Shown: piece by piece, positions 27,648 through 32,000 of the stretch
Layout: each line of letters begins with the position of its first letter
Position numbering within the stretch: position 1 is the stretch's first letter
NCBI RefSeq assembly: GCF_013365455.1
Contig: NZ_CP046578.1
Location: forward strand, 120,001-152,000
DNA: 32,000 bases
Origin: Wolbachia endosymbiont of Dirofilaria (Dirofilaria) immitis
Lineage (GTDB): Bacteria; Pseudomonadota; Alphaproteobacteria; Rickettsiales; Anaplasmataceae
Direction of reading: 5' to 3'
Made by a program: the position numbers and the translations under genes
Notes under the pieces: model-generated
Databases searched by the model: none
What the model was told of the DNA's origin: nothing
Seen by the model: only the letters and a program-made list of their open reading frames with translations

Positions 27648-29039
27648 ATGGATAGAGAAGTTAGGGTAGAATCAGATAGTTTAGGTGAAGTAAAGGTGTC
27701 AAGTAAACGTTATTGGGGAGCACAAACACAACGTTCCTTGGAGAATTTTAAAATCGGTATAGAGAAAATGCCAGAACCTCTAATTAGAGCGTTGGCAATG
27801 GTGAAGCTTGCAGCAGCACGCGTTAACGTGGTGCATGGTGCTATAGATGAAAAAGTGGGGAGTGCAATCTGCACGGCTGCACAGGAGGTAATAGATGGTA
27901 AGTTCAATGATGAGTTTCCGCTTGTTATATGGCAAACTGGGTCTGGGACTCAGACTAACATGAATATGAATGAAGTGATTAGTAACCGTGCAATAGAGAT
28001 TTTAGGTGGTAACTTAGGTAGTAAATTTCCTGTGCACCCAAATGACCATGTGAACTGTGGTCAGTCATCGAATGATACCTTTCCAACAGCAATGCATATA
28101 GCAGCAGCTAGGCAAATAAATCATTCTCTCATTCCAAGTCTTGAGTGGCTTCATACAGCATTAAATGATAAGGTTAAGGAATTTAAAAGTATAATAAAAG
28201 TAGGACGTACTCATTTGCAAGATGCAACGCCTCTAACACTGGGGCAAGAGTTTTCTGGCTACGTTGCTCAGGTTGAGAAGGGAATAGGGAGGATAAAATC
28301 AGCTCTGAGTAATGTGTATGAACTTGCACAAGGTGGCACTGCAGTTGGTACAGGATTGAACGTTAACCGAGGCTTTGCTGAGAGTTTTGCTAAAGAAATA
28401 GCAAAAATCACTGGTCTTCCGTTTACTTCAGCAAAAAGCAAGTTTGAAGCGTTAGCAGCAAATGATGCTTTAGTTGAGTTAAGTGGAGCACTCAACACGG
28501 TAGCAGTGAGTTTAATGAAAATTGCAAATGATGTTAGGCTACTTAGTTCTGGTCCAAGATGTGGGATTGGAGAAATAATATTACCAGAAAATGAACCTGG
28601 TTCTTCAATCATGCCAGGTAAAGTGAATCCAACTCAATGTGAAGCAGTAACCATGGTATGTACTCAAGTTATAGGGAATCATGTTGCCGTAACCATTGGT
28701 GGTTCAAATGGTCATTTTGAATTAAATGTGTTTAAGCCAGTAATAATCTACAATATTTTACAGTCTATAAGGCTTTTAGCTGATGTAAGTTTAAGTTTTG
28801 CAGAGAAATGTGTACTTGGTATTAAAGCAAATGAAAAAAGGATAAAGGATTTACTGGACCAGTCATTAATGCTAGTAACTATATTAAATACGCATATAGG
28901 ATATGATAATGCAGCAAAGATAGTAAAGCTTGCCTATAAAGAAAATATTACTCTAAAAGAAGCTACAATAAAATTAGGGCTGCTTACTGAAAAAGAATTT
29001 GAAAGAGTAGTGAAACCGGAAGAGATGGTAAATTTATAA
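27648..29039 (+). CDS. fumC: Fumarate hydratase, class II
   Basis: Fumarate lyase signature [11 protein letters not shown], plus [22 protein letters not shown] and [19 protein letters not shown] precedes the ATG. Confidence 0.96.
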   Translation: MDREVRVESDSLGEVKVSSKRYWGAQTQRSLENFKIGIEKMPEPLIRALAMVKLAAARVNVVHGAIDEKVGSAICTAAQEVIDGKFNDEFPLVIWQTGSGTQTNMNMNEVISNRAIEILGGNLGSKFPVHPNDHVNCGQSSNDTFPTAMHIAAARQINHSLIPSLEWLHTALNDKVKEFKSIIKVGRTHLQDATPLTLGQEFSGYVAQVEKGIGRIKSALSNVYELAQGGTAVGTGLNVNRGFAESFAKEIAKITGLPFTSAKSKFEALAANDALVELSGALNTVAVSLMKIANDVRLLSSGPRCGIGEIILPENEPGSSIMPGKVNPTQCEAVTMVCTQVIGNHVAVTIGGSNGHFELNVFKPVIIYNILQSIRLLADVSLSFAEKCVLGIKANEKRIKDLLDQSLMLVTILNTHIGYDNAAKIVKLAYKENITLKEATIKLGLLTEKEFERVVKPEEMVNL

Positions 29040-30436
29040 GCTACTAGTTTTAGTATTAATGCTCAAGGCAGTTTCTTTTACTCTTTTTATTCTCTTACCT
29101 GCTAACGTTTTTAATTTCTTACTGTATCTGTAATAATTTTGCTTTACAGTGTACAGTTGATATGCGGAGTTGTGATCAATTTAAGGTAGTACTCGTGATC
29201 GCAGTTTTCTTCTACGTCCTTAATGCTTGTAGGCAATGCTAGAGTGAGAATGGAATCAGCAATAAAGTGAGCAGGGTCTTTGTACGATTATTGTTTGGGC
29301 AAAAATATATTAGTTTTTTTATAAAATTGTTTATTTATATGAAAACCAATGATCTACTTTTTAGTGTCATTTTAGTCCGTAGTATTGAAATCTGGAAAAG
29401 AAAAAGAAAACAGGTCTCGGTGGTAGCTTTTTTAATGAAAGGAAAGAAGTTTCGTAAGAAACTTTTTATGTAAAATATTTAAACTTAATTGCGTTATAGG
29501 TTCTGTAGGTAGCGAGGAGGAAAATCAGTTAGATTTACTATTTTACTTGTAGTTTATTAGCCAATACCTGTTTGTAATAAGGATAGTATTTTCTAGATGT
29601 CAATAATATAATCTAAATTCGAAAGTATGCTATACTCTGTAGCTCTATTCAGTTTGAAAGAGAAGAAGTAGAATCTTACTTAGAGTTAAAAATTGGGCAG
29701 TTGATCTTGAGCATGTTGAAGTGTACCAATGGTAAGAATGTCCAAAAATCTAACTATAGATATGTGGCTATTAATTATTAAGATTGTGGACAATCATGTA
29801 ATAAAAGCTTATGGGTGGAGAAAATTACAATATGAGTAACCCTGCCGGGGTTAGAGAAACGACACCTTATAGGCGATATATGTGGTTGCTAAATTTATAT
29901 AGTTAAAGTATTTATTCTATGTTTATGGTGCTGTTCAGGATAGTGAAACTATAAAAGCTATTTGCTGTTGTGTGACTCCTTGAAAGAAAATTATTGGGGG
30001 GGGTAGAAAGTATTTTAAACTAAATAAGATCTTCTTTCAAGATAAAGAAGTATATGTAGGAAGTAGAAACAGATTTTATAGAGGAGATTTGCTTATTTAG
30101 GTAGAGAAACAGAAATAATAGAAAGTATAGTTTATATGTAAAGCTTTAAAATATAAATAGATAACATAAGTAGTACATGTTAATTTATGGTAAAGTATGA
30201 AAGGTGTTTAAATGGTTGGTACTTATATTGGCTTGACGCAAAGTAATATGCTTCTAAGAAAATTAATTGGCATAGTAGCATATCAAAATGTGATTATCAG
30301 AGTGTAGAGCTGACTGTGCTTTATAAAGCTACACAAATAATATTGACAATTGGTAAGAAGAAATTCTACCTGAAAGGTTTAGGATTAAAGCTATAGACAA
30401 CTTCTTTTTTTTGTATATAACCTTAAGAGGCTTTAT

Positions 30437-31960
30437 GTGTACAAAGTGAAAAGAGCTTTAATATCAGTGTATGATAAGACAAATATAATTGATCTTGCAT
30501 CATTTTTAGTACAGAGACAAATAAAGGTTCTTTCAACAGGAAATACTTATAAAATGCTATCTGATGCTGGAATAAAAATACAGGAAATCTCAGATTATAC
30601 TCAATTTCCAGAGGTGCTAGATGGTAGAGTAAAGACTTTGCATCCTAAAGTTCATGGAGGGATACTTTGTGACCGAGAAAAGCATAGAGAGGAAATACAA
30701 GGTCTAGGGATTGAGCCTATAGATCTTCTTATAATTAATCTATATCCGTTCTGGGAAACAGTAAGCAGCAGATCAAGTGAGAAGCAAATTATAGAACAAA
30801 TTGATATTGGTGGAGTAGCACTGATTAGAGCTGCAGCAAAAAATTTTCATTTTACTTCGGTCATTTCTAGCATTCAAGATTATGAAACACTAAAAGTTGA
30901 GATGATTGAGAACAATAATGAAACAACTTTAGAGTATAGAAAGCATCTAGCAACTAAAGCGTTTGCTCTTGCAGCATACTATGATTCTAATATTTATAGT
31001 TGGTTTTTATCACAGAGTAGAAGTAGTGAGTTGCCAGAGTTTTTTACTCTATATGGATATAAAGCACAAGGACTAAGGTATGGGGAGAATCCTCACCAAA
31101 AAGCTGCATTTTATAGCAATCAATTCACAAAATATCCGCTAAAAAAAGTGTGTGGAAAAGAATTGAGTTATAACAATATATTAGATGTAGAGTCTGCGCT
31201 TAACATAGTTTCTGAATTTGAAGAACCTACGGCAGTGATAATTAAGCATAATAACCCATGTGGTGTTGCTGTTGGTAATAGTGCTTTAGAAGCATATGAG
31301 AAAGCTTTGTCGTGTGATGAAATTAGTAGTTTCGGTGGTATAGTAGCTTTAAATCGTGCTATAGATTTAAAGCTAGCAGAGAAATTAAGTGAGATCTTTT
31401 TAGAAGTAGTGATAATGCCATCAGTAAATAGTGAAGCATTGAAAGTTTTACAAAAAAAGAAGAATTTAAGAGTGGTTATTTATGAATCCTTTCAACGAAA
31501 TGCAAAGTATCAAGTCAAAAACGTTGTAGGTGGTTTTTTAGTACAAGAGAGTAATAACTATACAATAAAAATGGAAGAGATGAGCCAAGTGACTAGGCAC
31601 ACCGCAACGAAAAAAGAAAAAGAAGATCTGATTTTTGCTTGGAAAATATGTAAACACGTGAAGTCCAATGCAATAGTTATAGCAAAAAGTGGATGTACTG
31701 TTGGTATTGGTGCAGGGCAAACAAGTAGAATAGACAGTGTAAACATTGCAGTAAAAAAAGCAGGTGAAAGATGTAAAGGTGCTGTACTTGCCTCAGATGC
31801 ATTTTTCCCGTTTCCAGATAGCATAATAGAAGGTGCAAAGCATGGGGTTACAGCTATAATTCAGCCTGGCGGTTCGCTCAAAGATCAAGATGTGATAGCA
31901 GCTGCAAATGAGAGTAAAATTGCCATGTTTTTTACTGGTATTCGTAGCTTCTTTCATTAG
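30437..31960 (+). CDS. purH: Bifunctional AICAR formyltransferase / IMP cyclohydrolase PurH
   Basis: MGS-like N-terminus ALISVYDKTN ... GRVKTLHPKVHGGIL, and an AICARFT domain with ELSYNNILD, IIKHNNPCG, GAGQTSRIDS and SDAFFPFPD. GTG start with an AAGAGG SD 6 nt upstream. Confidence 0.95.
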   Translation: MYKVKRALISVYDKTNIIDLASFLVQRQIKVLSTGNTYKMLSDAGIKIQEISDYTQFPEVLDGRVKTLHPKVHGGILCDREKHREEIQGLGIEPIDLLIINLYPFWETVSSRSSEKQIIEQIDIGGVALIRAAAKNFHFTSVISSIQDYETLKVEMIENNNETTLEYRKHLATKAFALAAYYDSNIYSWFLSQSRSSELPEFFTLYGYKAQGLRYGENPHQKAAFYSNQFTKYPLKKVCGKELSYNNILDVESALNIVSEFEEPTAVIIKHNNPCGVAVGNSALEAYEKALSCDEISSFGGIVALNRAIDLKLAEKLSEIFLEVVIMPSVNSEALKVLQKKKNLRVVIYESFQRNAKYQVKNVVGGFLVQESNNYTIKMEEMSQVTRHTATKKEKEDLIFAWKICKHVKSNAIVIAKSGCTVGIGAGQTSRIDSVNIAVKKAGERCKGAVLASDAFFPFPDSIIEGAKHGVTAIIQPGGSLKDQDVIAAANESKIAMFFTGIRSFFH

Positions 31961-32000
31961 GTTTTATATCTTATGCTAGGAATTTTCTTTTTATGCCATC

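Noticed and set aside
29446-29470. A hairpin, GAAGTTTC-gtaa-GAAACTTT, followed by TTAT. I considered it as a rho-independent terminator.
   Set aside because: The stem is short, AT-rich and unstable, and it lies about 400 nt beyond the fumC stop. I found no comparable terminators after other genes, so the call would be arbitrary.
29267-29473. A 68-aa plus-strand ORF (GTG start) in the fumC-purH spacer.
   Set aside because: The translation is Phe/Leu/Lys-rich and low in complexity, with no SD and no motif. It sits in T-rich DNA where open frames arise by composition. I kept only a note about it in the spacer finding.
27191-29520. A shared motif, TAGGTAGCRAGGAG, in two spacers (27193-27206 and 29506-29519), with loosely similar flanks. 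I considered it as a possible dispersed intergenic repeat.
   Set aside because: Similarity beyond about 14 nt is patchy. By a rough estimate, matches of this length are expected by chance among the roughly 10^9 position pairs in a 32-kb AT-rich window. Whole-genome repeat counting would be needed.

Overview
This is an AT-rich segment (GC looks near 30% by eye, not computed) from the chromosome of an obligate-intracellular alphaproteobacterium of the order Rickettsiales. The centre of the window (10.6-25.3 kb, minus strand) is a compact rvh-type type IV secretion (T4SS) sub-cluster: virB3, virB4, four tandem divergent virB6 paralogs of 848, 801, 982 and 1085 aa, and a terminal uncharacterised 212-aa ORF. 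Most junctions are tight: 9-nt and 41-nt gaps and three stop/start overlaps (8-nt ATGTTTAA, 4-nt ATGA, 11 nt). The exception is a 153-bp gap before the last virB6. Housekeeping genes flank the cluster: an M32 carboxypeptidase-like gene, mreB, mnmA, a ferredoxin-DUF2125-ccmH operon, murD, rsmD, class I lysS, fumC and purH. Four virB6 copies, class I LysRS, retained mreB and murD, and no sodB upstream of virB3 look most like Anaplasmataceae of the Wolbachia type. That placement is inference only. I found no rRNA, tRNA, CRISPR array, IS element or prophage gene. Roughly 15% of the window lies in four large ORF-free spacers (about 0.6, 0.9, 0.7 and 1.4 kb), and there is one recently decayed gene. 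Both fit a genome undergoing reduction. I do not see convincing evidence for a wholly new multi-gene system. The best leads are: (i) the 212-aa ORF translationally coupled to the last virB6; (ii) lipobox signals and a shared Cys-rich N-terminal module on three of the four VirB6 paralogs, plus a 264-aa loop insertion and a 239-aa tail specific to VirB6-4; (iii) a full-length M32 carboxypeptidase homolog that has lost its HExxH zinc site; (iv) a DUF2125 gene overlapping ccmH; and (v) a disrupted hydrolase-like gene with a poly-A frameshift.
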